Positions 55,320 through 64,000 of a DNA stretch of 64,000 bases are shown piece after piece. The notes below the pieces were generated by a model that worked only from the letters and a program-made list of their open reading frames with translations, did not search any database and was not told the origin of the DNA. This DNA is from Cyanophora paradoxa CCMP329. Its lineage: Eukaryota; Plantae; Glaucophyta. A program made the translations under genes and the position numbers. The stretch's first letter is position 1; every line of letters starts with the position of its first letter. Location: assembly GCA_004431415.1 (NCBI GenBank), contig QPMI01000484.1:1-64000 (forward strand), in the 5' to 3' direction.

Positions 55320-58300
55320 TCAAGCATCTTCCACCAAGACCACATCTTCGGAGTCGCCCGAGGCCATCTGCTCCAGATCCTCGGCGCCGACGTCAGGGAC
55401 AGAGTTTGAGTCTTGATTTGGTTGAGAAGAACTTGCTGATCCATCCACGGGGTCCTCGGAGTTCACTTTACGCGGCCGGCCCAAGCGGGGACGAGCTTGC
55501 GACTCAGAGAGGCGCGGCCGGAAAGGAAGCATGCAGTCGATGTGGGCGACCGTCTCGCGGAGAGGTCGAACCCGCGTGTCGCTCATGGTCGAATAGGGTT
55601 TAGCCGATCCCTTCACGGTGTAGGTGTAACCGCCCGGGTTAACGCCAGTAACCGTGTAAGGTCCGACCCATGAATTGTACAACCCCTTGTCATGGTCGCC
55701 CATCCAGCACAACACCTTGTCGCCGACCTGGAAGCGACGGCGATGCGGAGGATCACCCGTGCGAGCTACCATGCGATTCCGATAGAACCGCCGGTATTCG
55801 CGCGAGGCGGCATCGACGCTGGCCGCTGCCCTTGTCATGGCGAGGAGGTAGTCGGCTGGGTGCGTATGGTCGGGATTCGCGAAGCGGACACCTGCACCGA
55901 AGCGCACTTCACAAGGAAGGTGCACGTCAACGCCACGGTGTAAGACCATCGGTGAGAAACCGGTGGCGGAGTGCACGGTGGTCCGCAAAGCGAGGACGAT
56001 GTCCGCGTTGTACAAGGGCCAATCAGAAAGAGGCCGCTTGTGCTCGCGGCACATCGCGTAGGCGAGAGTTTTATAAACACCGCCGAGGCGCTCGGCGCCG
56101 CCGTTGGTGGCGTGGTGATAAGCGGCAGCGTGCACAAAGCGCGTGCCCTTTTCTTTGAAGAACTCGTTCCACAGGCCCCCAACCAACTGAGAGCCGCGGT
56201 CCGTGAGAATGCGCGCAGGCACGCCCTCATGCATATAGAAATCGATCGCGGTGGCGAGCAAGGCCTCGCCCGAGACGCGGGCCAGTGGATAGATGTAGCA
56301 GAACTTGGTATACGCGTCGACGTACGCGATGATGTACCGCAATCCGTCTTCGTGCATATCCAAGTGGAAGATATCCACCTGCCACAGATCGCCTCGGCCC
56401 GAAGGCTGTATCACTTGAATAGCGGTACGGCGGGGCTTTACTGCCTTCGCGAACTGGCAGTGGGGGCACGATCGCACGAAGCGAGCGATCGAGGCGTACA
56501 TGCCTGGCCACCAGAATCGTTGGGAAATCCGACGCGCGATCACGGGGGCGCCACGGTGGGCCCAGCCCTCATGATAGGCGTACAGAACTCGATCGATCCA
56601 GGCGTCCGGCAGCACTGGTAAGAATCGGCCGGCAGGCACCAGCGGGTTACGTTCGATGACGCCATCTTCGGCGAGGCTGAAGTCGGCGGCCAATCGCACG
56701 AAACGCTCCTGGGCCCGCAAGCAATGTGCGCAGGAAGGGGGGCAAGGGTCCGCCCCTCGCTTGTCGCCACGCGAGCACCGAGTCGGGTTCTCACCCTTCT
56801 CAAAGTAACCCAAGAGCTTCTTGCAGAAAGAGTCTTCCCTTTGGGCGGCAAGCAGGCGCTCCCGTCTCTCGAGCGGGAACATGCGACGCAGCGAGCCGGG
56901 GAGGGCGCCATCGATCGCCGGCGAAGGCCCACAGGCCCAGGCGTCAAGGACCGTGTCCACGAAGACCGGCTTGCACGGCGGGCGTACTTCGCGACCTCTG
57001 GGGTCAAGCTCGATCCACCGTCGCGGAGCGAGAGTCTCTGCGGCGACTACCTCGGGGCCCGGAGCCTGAGGAGCTGGCGACGGCTCGCCCCCACGGCGGC
57101 GCAGCGGCTTCGGAGGATCGGGCATGGTAGGCTGCACTCGCATCTGGTTCCGCGCCGTCTCAGGGGAGAGCGAGCGGCGGCGAGAGGGCCCCGGGGGCGG
57201 CTCGCCCTCGACGGACTCGGGCTCCCAATCCAAGTGGATTGGCACCGGCGCCTCGCTTTGATCAGCTGGGGCACGCCAGTGGCGGGTATTGTGCTCGTTT
57301 CGCGGCTGACGTCTCATGGCTGGACCGCGGGGAAGGACACCGGAGGGGTGCGCGGGACGAGGCTCGGCGAAGCCCCGGCGGTCCCATCGGCGCGGGCCTG
57401 TCTCGGCGCGCGGCGGCAGTTTGCCCAGGAGGGTCAACGGGAATCCGTCGGCGTCGCACTCAGCGTCCAGTTCAGCCTCAGGCGAGACTTCCAACTCTGA
57501 ATCAGCCGCCGCGGCCTCGGCGTGTGCACTCTCGAGCAATGCCGGCGGCGCGCCGTCCTCATTGTCGGTGGGGGCGTCCGGCATGTCCACGTCGGAATCC
57601 GAGCCGGCCCCAGGGCCAGTAGTGGGGCGACGGTCTCGCTTCGCAGGCGGCGGGGACGGCGACTCGGGTGCACGAGGCGCGAAGCGCTCGGGTACGGCCC
57701 TCGCCCTCTTCCTTGACTCGTCGTCGCTGGCGGTAGCGGACGCCTTGGCCTCGGCATAGCCCGCAGAGGCGGCGAGCTTAGCAAGCTCGCGGGGCACTCG
57801 GCGGCGGCCGGCCGGCGCGGGTGCAGGCTCGGGGGGCCGCGACTCCTCCTCTGCATTAGAGGAGCGGCCCACCGGTTTCGCAGGTACGGCTGCTGGGCTC
57901 GACTCGTCGACGGGCGGGCGGCCACGCCGGCGGCCCGAACGATCGAGGCCCGCAGGCACCGCGCCCTGGAAGCCGGCGGAGTCGGCGAGCTTCCGCAGGG
58001 CTCGCTCTGTCGGGCCCAACTGCACGCGGAAGATGCCGAGGGGAACGTCGGGGTCCTCGGGCTCGGCGCCCTCGGCATGCTGGGGAACGCCAAAGCCCTC
58101 GGCTCCCTTGTAGGCCGCGGGCGTCGAGGAAGAGCCATCGGCGCCGCCGGGCTGCCAGACGGGGTGGTCCTTAGGGAGGCGCGAACACGCGTCAGGGCCG
58201 CCGTTCTGTTTGCCCGGGCGATAGACAATATCAAAATCGTAAGCCTGCAGGAGCAGGGACCAGCGGCCTAGCCGACCCGTCGTCGGATCGAGGCTTTTCA

Positions 58301-60656
58301 ACCACTGGAGGGCGTGGTGGTCGGTTCGGACCAGGAACTGGGGCCCGCCTAGCAGATAGTGGCGCCAATACTTGATGGCCCACACGACGGCGAGACACTC
58401 GAGTTCCGTAGCCGAGTAGTTCATCTCAGCCGGCAGCAAAGTGCGGCTGATAAAGGCAAGGGGGCGCTCGACGCCGTCCTTGTCCGTCTGGCTCAGAATC
58501 GCGCCGATTGCGTATGTACTGGCGTCCGTCTGGAGTATGAAGGGCTTCGAGAAATCCGGGAACCGCAATATGATATCGCGACCCAGCAGTTCTTTCAGCT
58601 CCTTAAAGGCACGGTCGGCGGCACCGCCCTCAGGCCAACTCCAGACGGCGTCCTTCAATAGAAGGCGCTGCATAGCGTAAACCACTTTGGAGAAGTTCTC
58701 AACAAAGCGGCGGTAGTAACCGGCGAGGCCCAGGAACGAGCGGAGCTCGTCCGCGTTCTTAGGCGTCTGCCAGTCCGAGATCACCTTGGTCTTCGCGGGG
58801 TCCTGCCGGATCCCCTCGGCGGAGATGCGGTGGCCTAGAAGGTCGATTTCTGGCACGCAGAAGCGGCACTTCGACGGCTTCAGGCGCAAGTTCGCCTTGG
58901 AGATCGCTTCGAAAAGCGCCTTCAAGTCCAAGAGGTGCTGATCGATCGACGGCGAGAACACCGTGATGTCATCGATGTAGGCCACGACACAGGTCGTCAG
59001 GAGAGGGCCCAAGATCGCGGTGATCGCACGAGAGAAGGCCGCAGGGCCATTGGTCACCCCGAACGGGGTCACGCGCCACTGGAAGTGACCCCAGGGGACG
59101 ACGAATGCAGTGTACGCGCGCGAGCCGGGGTGGAGAGGGAGCTGCCAGAAGCCGGCGGTAGCATCCGCCGTCGAGAAGACCATCGAGCCGCGCAGGCGCT
59201 CGAGCTGGTCGTCGATGCGGGGCAGCGGGAATACGTCGCGCTCCGTGATCTGATTAAGCCTTCTGTAATCTACGCAGAAGCGCCAGGTGCCGTCCTTCTT
59301 CGGAGCGAGCACCACTGGCGATCCGTACGCAGCTTGCGAGGGCTCGATCAGACCCAGCTCGAGGAGCTTCTGAATTTCTTTGCGAGCGTGCTCTTCAGCG
59401 TGGGGGTTCATGCGCCGTGGAGGCGTGAACACAGGGAGGCGGCTCGTGAGCCGGATCACATGCTCGTAATAGAGCAGGTTGCTAGTGCCTTCTTTCGCTT
59501 CAACTTTGTCTGCAAAGACGTCTTTGTAGCGCCGAAGCAGCGCGTGGAGTTCGGCTTTCTGTTCCGTCGTGATTGACGGGTGAGAGCCTAGCTCAGGAAT
59601 TTTCTTCAACAGCTCTTGCCACTCCTCCTCTGCATTAGGCACCGTCCCCGGTACCGCGTCCGTCGATTTCTCGGGGGCGGGTGCGGGGCGATCGGCAAGG
59701 GAGGCAGTGACGACCGAGGGCGGGGGCCGGGCCGGGGGTGTCGGCGGCGGCGCAGCAGCGGGTGACGGCGCGGCGTCAGGTGAGGCCTTGCGGACTGTCA
59801 TCACGTCATGTAACGAGCGGACGGCGCGTAGGATGTCGGCTTCCCCAGCCTCTGTGAGCTTGGGGAAGGTCCCGCGCAGCGTTGCGCCTGCGGGCACGGC
59901 CACGGCTTCGACCGCGTCGGCAAATTCGGTTGCCGGCGGGCCCGAGATCGGTACTGTTGTCGGAGATGCGCTTCTCTGGGACGCGCCGTCGAGGTCAGAG
60001 GCGTCGTCGAAACTAATAAGGCTCATAGCGTCCGTCTCTTGCCACGGCCGGTCATAGACATCGAACGGCATTGCGCCGAATGCGACAACGAGATCATCGG
60101 CGTCGTAGAGCGGCGCGCGGGTCGGGCCCGGAGGGCCAAGCACAGGTAGAGCAGCGGTGGCTGCCCGTGCTTCTTCAGCTGCAGTTACTACGGCGCGCAG
60201 CGAGGTGATGATTTTTTCGACATCTTTGGCAGGCTCGTAAGCCGCCCCAAGCATGCGCGCTTTTCTATTGAAGTGGCGAAGTCCCGTGCGGCGTTTAGCC
60301 GGCACAATTCGCATGCGGCGAATTAAAAGATCAGTCAGATCTTTGGGACTGGTGGGAATTTGCTCAGGCTCATACAAGAAATCACCGGGGGGCAAAGCCA
60401 CTGCCTCGGCGACTGCTACTACTGAACCTAAGGGGAGGGTAACTGGCTGGCGTCCGGGGTTACACAGCCGCACGTGGAACATTTTGTTCCCCGGGTTGTT
60501 GTGCAGCTGGAAGGGGCAGAGTACGCCCAAGGCTTGAGGCGACTCCGGCGAGGGCTCGACGTAGAGGTGCGGCAACTCACGCGTTGCCGGGCCCTGCCCA
60601 TTGAGCGTACATGGGACGAGGGCCTCTCCGACGGGGAGCTTTACAGGTCCGAGCAC
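55320..60656 (-). CDS. pol: Gypsy Pol: reverse transcriptase, RNase H, integrase
   Basis: WRFCVDYRRLN, PFGVTNGP, YIDD, LQTDAS..GAIL, H..AH..CPHC, WQVD..TDRG..NGGAER. Confidence 0.95.
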   Translation of the reverse strand: MLGPVKLPVGEALVPCTLNGQGPATRELPHLYVEPSPESPQALGVLCPFQLHNNPGNKMFHVRLCNPGRQPVTLPLGSVVAVAEAVALPPGDFLYEPEQIPTSPKDLTDLLIRRMRIVPAKRRTGLRHFNRKARMLGAAYEPAKDVEKIITSLRAVVTAAEEARAATAALPVLGPPGPTRAPLYDADDLVVAFGAMPFDVYDRPWQETDAMSLISFDDASDLDGASQRSASPTTVPISGPPATEFADAVEAVAVPAGATLRGTFPKLTEAGEADILRAVRSLHDVMTVRKASPDAAPSPAAAPPPTPPARPPPSVVTASLADRPAPAPEKSTDAVPGTVPNAEEEWQELLKKIPELGSHPSITTEQKAELHALLRRYKDVFADKVEAKEGTSNLLYYEHVIRLTSRLPVFTPPRRMNPHAEEHARKEIQKLLELGLIEPSQAAYGSPVVLAPKKDGTWRFCVDYRRLNQITERDVFPLPRIDDQLERLRGSMVFSTADATAGFWQLPLHPGSRAYTAFVVPWGHFQWRVTPFGVTNGPAAFSRAITAILGPLLTTCVVAYIDDITVFSPSIDQHLLDLKALFEAISKANLRLKPSKCRFCVPEIDLLGHRISAEGIRQDPAKTKVISDWQTPKNADELRSFLGLAGYYRRFVENFSKVVYAMQRLLLKDAVWSWPEGGAADRAFKELKELLGRDIILRFPDFSKPFILQTDASTYAIGAILSQTDKDGVERPLAFISRTLLPAEMNYSATELECLAVVWAIKYWRHYLLGGPQFLVRTDHHALQWLKSLDPTTGRLGRWSLLLQAYDFDIVYRPGKQNGGPDACSRLPKDHPVWQPGGADGSSSTPAAYKGAEGFGVPQHAEGAEPEDPDVPLGIFRVQLGPTERALRKLADSAGFQGAVPAGLDRSGRRRGRPPVDESSPAAVPAKPVGRSSNAEEESRPPEPAPAPAGRRRVPRELAKLAASAGYAEAKASATASDDESRKRARAVPERFAPRAPESPSPPPAKRDRRPTTGPGAGSDSDVDMPDAPTDNEDGAPPALLESAHAEAAAADSELEVSPEAELDAECDADGFPLTLLGKLPPRAETGPRRWDRRGFAEPRPAHPSGVLPRGPAMRRQPRNEHNTRHWRAPADQSEAPVPIHLDWEPESVEGEPPPGPSRRRSLSPETARNQMRVQPTMPDPPKPLRRRGGEPSPAPQAPGPEVVAAETLAPRRWIELDPRGREVRPPCKPVFVDTVLDAWACGPSPAIDGALPGSLRRMFPLERRERLLAAQREDSFCKKLLGYFEKGENPTRCSRGDKRGADPCPPSCAHCLRAQERFVRLAADFSLAEDGVIERNPLVPAGRFLPVLPDAWIDRVLYAYHEGWAHRGAPVIARRISQRFWWPGMYASIARFVRSCPHCQFAKAVKPRRTAIQVIQPSGRGDLWQVDIFHLDMHEDGLRYIIAYVDAYTKFCYIYPLARVSGEALLATAIDFYMHEGVPARILTDRGSQLVGGLWNEFFKEKGTRFVHAAAYHHATNGGAERLGGVYKTLAYAMCREHKRPLSDWPLYNADIVLALRTTVHSATGFSPMVLHRGVDVHLPCEVRFGAGVRFANPDHTHPADYLLAMTRAAASVDAASREYRRFYRNRMVARTGDPPHRRRFQVGDKVLCWMGDHDKGLYNSWVGPYTVTGVNPGGYTYTVKGSAKPYSTMSDTRVRPLRETVAHIDCMLPFRPRLSESQARPRLGRPRKVNSEDPVDGSASSSQPNQDSNSVPDVGAEDLEQMASGDSEDVVLVEDA

Positions 60657-61612
60657 GCGGACCAGGATCCCAAGCTGGTCCGGAGCCGAAAAGGGACGAC
60701 AACCTCACGGTAGTGGCTGTCGCGGGCGCGGAGGCACCAGCCCGACAGCGTAGTATCGATCTGGCCGTGGATGGCCTGGATGGCATCCAGGCCGAGAAGA
60801 ATGTCGGGCTCGGGGCCCATGACGCCGCGCGGGACGACGAAAACACGACGGCAGAAACGGAGAGTCCCGAGGATGAAAACTACGTCGGCGCGACGGCAAC
60901 GGATTTTGTCGCGGTCCATGAAGCCACGAACTACGGTGTGGCCCTCGACGTAATTGACTTCGTCGGGCGGCAGGCGATCGAGGACTTCCTGCGGGACGAC
61001 GGTGCCTTGGGCGCCCGTGTCGATGACGATGCGGACAGGCCGCTCGGCGCCCGACCGTCCGTTGGGGAGTCGCATCGCGATGCAGCCTGGGATTTGCAGT
61101 GTTTTTGGCCGGAAGAACTCGAGCGTTTTGTCGCGAGGCCAGCCGGTGCGGGCCTTGCGGACGTAGTACTCGGGTTCCGGCGGGGCGGGCGGTCCCGCGA
61201 GGTCGGGGCTGCCCGCTTCAGAGCTCGGCGAGGACGGGCGCGAGTTGCGAGCGGCTGCGCGGCGCGCGATCCGCTGCTGCTCCGCCTGCTCCTCCGCGGG
61301 GGACGGGCGCGAGCGTTTACGCCGGCTCGGGCCGTGACGGTTTGCATAAATCAACTCGTCGGCGGGCGGGTCGTAGCCCGCGCGCGTGCCCAGCGGAGTG
61401 TCCTCTGCCGGCCGAGGGAGGGCAGCGGTGGGGCGGTTCTTGGCGCTCAGCGCGTGACCGACAGGGACCATCGCCTCCTCGTCCGAGCTGATGCCCTCGG
61501 GGTAGATGATGGCCTCAGCCTCAAGGGCCGTTTTCGGGGCGAAGGCCGCGGTCGGAGTCGACCCTGAGAACCACTCACGGGCGGGGCGGGTCGGGCTCGT
61601 CGGTGTCAGCAC
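60641..61612 (-). CDS. Retropepsin aspartic protease region (probably continuous with pol via frameshift)
   Basis: IVIDTGAQ and DILLGLD motifs. Confidence 0.85.
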   Translation of the reverse strand: MLTPTSPTRPAREWFSGSTPTAAFAPKTALEAEAIIYPEGISSDEEAMVPVGHALSAKNRPTAALPRPAEDTPLGTRAGYDPPADELIYANRHGPSRRKRSRPSPAEEQAEQQRIARRAAARNSRPSSPSSEAGSPDLAGPPAPPEPEYYVRKARTGWPRDKTLEFFRPKTLQIPGCIAMRLPNGRSGAERPVRIVIDTGAQGTVVPQEVLDRLPPDEVNYVEGHTVVRGFMDRDKIRCRRADVVFILGTLRFCRRVFVVPRGVMGPEPDILLGLDAIQAIHGQIDTTLSGWCLRARDSHYREVVVPFRLRTSLGSWSACSDL

Positions 61613-64000
61613 CAGCGAGGCGGGCCTCGTCCACCGCGTACGTCTTCGGGCGACGCAGCATTTTCAAGATGGAGTCGCGCATCGCGGCCCACTCCGCCGT
61701 CGCAGCGGTCTCGAAGATGCTGGCCCGCGACGCAAGGCGCAGGTACTTACGAGCCCACCTCAGCCCCTTCGGCAGCTCCAGGGCTGCTCGGGCCGCCGAC
61801 GGGGCTTCCGCGGCCGGGGCCTCGTCGAGGAGCAGCGCGTGGGCCTGCAGAAGGTAGCGCGCGACGCTCGACGGGATGACGACCGCATTCGGGTTGAAGC
61901 GATTCTCGTGCACCCAAGCCGGCGTGCGCGGCTGCGGGATGCGCCAGCGAGCCGTGAGATACCACTCGACATCGTCCTGCGCCCAGTCATGGAGGCTGGT
62001 CGGCAGGCCATCGGTCTGAGGAGTGATTTCAGAAACCAGCCCCAGGCCGAGCATGAGCAGCTCAAGAGCCGCAGCGTTCTCGCGGGCGATCCGAATGGAG
62101 CTCGGCGCGCGGCGGGCCGGGAGGCCGGCCAGCGGTACGACGGCGGGGAGCGGGTTGTCCGCGCGCTCGTACGGCTGCGAGCCGCACTCCTCGATGATGA
62201 AATCTTTCAAGTGGGGGACGCGGAGCGTCTCGAGCGTCCCCTTGACAGCGGACGTTTCAATACCCCAGCGTGCTGCCAGAATTTTGCGCTGGGCAGGCGG
62301 CCAATTCTCAAGGCTCTTGCCGCGGTTGTGCGGCGAGACCCTGGGCACTACGAGGGCTCCGCCAATGACCCCAAGCGCTTCGTACAGGGCGTACTGGGCG
62401 GGGTCGTCGGCGTCGGGAGTCCCGGCAGGCTCAGGCTGGGACGCGGGCTGCGTGGGCTCGCTGGGGCCCTCGCCGCCACCTCCCCCCTCATCGCGCTTCT
62501 CCGACATGGGCACATCACCCTCCTTGTCCTTCTGGGGCTCCTGGCCCTGGGCGCCCTTGCGGCCCCGCCCCTGGCCCCGCCGGCCGCCTCCGCGGCCCTG
62601 ACCCTTCGCGCCCCCAGCCGCTGCCTGCCGCGGCTTCCCGCCAGCTAGTGGGCCAGGCTCGTGCGCAGGGTTGAGGGCGGGCGTCGGCGTCCGCGGAGGC
62701 GAGAGGCGGCCGCCGGGCAGGATCGCCGGCTCGGGCGCGGCTGTCTGCGGCACGAGAGCGGCCGCAGCCTGCAGCGTGAGCCCGATGGCCTTCACGGTGG
62801 CCTGGCCGTCGAGAGCGCGGGCGTGCGCCTCGCGATCGAGCTTCGAGGCGACCGGGGTCGTCGTCGGGCAGCTCGGATCCAAGCGCCACTTCTCTGCGAA
62901 CGCGATGAGCTGGTCGACCTCCTCGTCGCTCAGACCGCCGCTCTTCCGCTTGAGGCGGCGGTACAGAAGGATGAGGTGTGCGCGCGAGTGGGGCGGAGTG
63001 CCCTCAATGTACTTGATGAGGCGGGCGCTGCCGGCACTCCCCGTCACAGTCTTAATGTGGACGAGGCTCTTCAGGGTTTCCAAGGGCTCGGTGGGCCCCA
63101 GGGGGCTCAAGATCGAGACCTCCTCCGGGATGATAGTGGGCTGACGCCCAGCATCCTTGTCGGCATGCAAGGTCAGCTGCGTGCCCCGCGTCGCCGGCCG
63201 CACGAGCCCCAGGTACCAGCCCGTCGGGACTGGCGCCTTGGAGTCGCCAGGGGCCGGCGGGCGGTGACCCAGCAGCGCGTAGAGCCAGGCGGTGCACAGC
63301 GGAAGGTCGCGGAGCGCGAGGATGCGCTCGGCGGCGAGGCCCTCGCCGACCGACATCCGCTCGACGACGCAGGCGTCGCTGAGCCGGCTGTAGTCCGGGG
63401 CGCGCCCCTTGCGGTACGCCTCATGGCGCTCGTGGGCGGCCCTGGCCAGCCAGCCCTCAGTGTCCTTCACCGAGTGGAGCACCTTCGCTGACGGAACTGG
63501 CAGCTCGAGCGAGAGCGCCGCGGTCGTGAGCAGGTGCACCGCAGTCGTGAAGTCAAAGTCCGAGGGGGCAGGCACGGCCTCGCTCGCGAGGAGAGCGGCA
63601 CACTTATGCAGGTCGATGCGACCGGTGTGGCCCCCGAAGCTTCCCGCAGTTTTCCAGCGAGCCCAGTGCTCGAGGAGGACGAGCGCGAGCCCGTAGGCAT
63701 CCGTGTGCTCGTCGACCATGAGCGGGGCCGCGAAGTCGAAGTACCGCTGGAGAATTTTCTCGGCGGCCTTAGACGACCCCGGGGCACCGTAGTCGAGGCG
63801 GTGCAGGTAATAACCGGCGACGCAGGCCGCAGCTGCCAGCCGCAGGCGGGTCTGGTCGGAAACCAACTGGCCGCGACCCAGGCGCGTCGATCCCATCAGC
63901 TGCATCTCGTGCGGCGCGAGTGCGAGGGCGATCGGGGACTGCGAGCCGACGCTCTCGTGGCCCCGGTAACCCTCGAGCCAGCCCGCGATCGCTATCTCGC
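61575..64000 (-). CDS. Long upstream ORF of the retrotransposon (gag position), true start uncertain
   Basis: 776-aa ORF overlapping the protease ORF, same strand; no zinc knuckle recognised. Confidence 0.55.
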   Translation of the reverse strand, partial: EIAIAGWLEGYRGHESVGSQSPIALALAPHEMQLMGSTRLGRGQLVSDQTRLRLAAAACVAGYYLHRLDYGAPGSSKAAEKILQRYFDFAAPLMVDEHTDAYGLALVLLEHWARWKTAGSFGGHTGRIDLHKCAALLASEAVPAPSDFDFTTAVHLLTTAALSLELPVPSAKVLHSVKDTEGWLARAAHERHEAYRKGRAPDYSRLSDACVVERMSVGEGLAAERILALRDLPLCTAWLYALLGHRPPAPGDSKAPVPTGWYLGLVRPATRGTQLTLHADKDAGRQPTIIPEEVSILSPLGPTEPLETLKSLVHIKTVTGSAGSARLIKYIEGTPPHSRAHLILLYRRLKRKSGGLSDEEVDQLIAFAEKWRLDPSCPTTTPVASKLDREAHARALDGQATVKAIGLTLQAAAALVPQTAAPEPAILPGGRLSPPRTPTPALNPAHEPGPLAGGKPRQAAAGGAKGQGRGGGRRGQGRGRKGAQGQEPQKDKEGDVPMSEKRDEGGGGGEGPSEPTQPASQPEPAGTPDADDPAQYALYEALGVIGGALVVPRVSPHNRGKSLENWPPAQRKILAARWGIETSAVKGTLETLRVPHLKDFIIEECGSQPYERADNPLPAVVPLAGLPARRAPSSIRIARENAAALELLMLGLGLVSEITPQTDGLPTSLHDWAQDDVEWYLTARWRIPQPRTPAWVHENRFNPNAVVIPSSVARYLLQAHALLLDEAPAAEAPSAARAALELPKGLRWARKYLRLASRASIFETAATAEWAAMRDSILKMLRRPKTYAVDEARLAGADTDEPDPPRP

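Larger units (their letters stand above)
54179..64000 (-). mobile_element. Ty3/Gypsy LTR retrotransposon (5' end beyond the window)
   Basis: PR-RT-RNaseH-INT order, polypurine tract and 3' LTR. Confidence 0.93.

Noticed and set aside
51456-63787. Many long overlapping ORFs in the GC-rich region (e.g. 52060-53763 minus, 60611-61567 plus, 61506-62648 plus)
   Set aside because: Arg/Ala/Gly-rich shadow frames of real genes in stop-poor GC-rich DNA.
1-64000. Naming the host species or a virus family
   Set aside because: GC content and short introns suggest a protist or alga, but the sequence alone does not identify it.

Overview
Bases 1-~51410 are an AT-rich stack of three endogenous Maverick/Polinton-like DNA virus elements; the rest is GC-rich, intron-containing eukaryotic (probably protist) DNA. 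Element A (1-~26665) is essentially complete: ~750-800 bp terminal inverted repeats (TIRs), rve integrase, protein-primed PolB, GIY-YIG nuclease, AEP primase/helicase, packaging ATPase, double-jelly-roll-type major capsid protein, two penton-like proteins, a patatin-discoidin lipase, a giant fibre, two short fibre-like paralogs and an S-adenosylmethionine decarboxylase. It abuts a 5'-truncated penton gene of an unrelated element C (~26662-34687: pPolB, integrase, DUF5710-like gene, 133-bp tandem repeat). C abuts the right two-thirds of element B (~34688-51416), a close relative of A with a swapped fibre cassette, a divergent ATPase allele and a different outer TIR. B ends in an intron of a host gene (beta-helix-like repeats plus SAM domain), which is followed by the 3' part of a Ty3/Gypsy LTR retrotransposon on the minus strand. 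Main observations: a conserved terminal fold-back architecture (28-bp arms, tandem G.A mismatches, YACCCG flank) at the right ends of A and B; apparent nested integration; a modular fibre cassette; ori-like repeat modules in the TIRs; and CpG avoidance that spares TCG/CGA. Most frameshifts look like homopolymer sequencing errors. All protein calls are from motif recognition by eye; no database searches were run.
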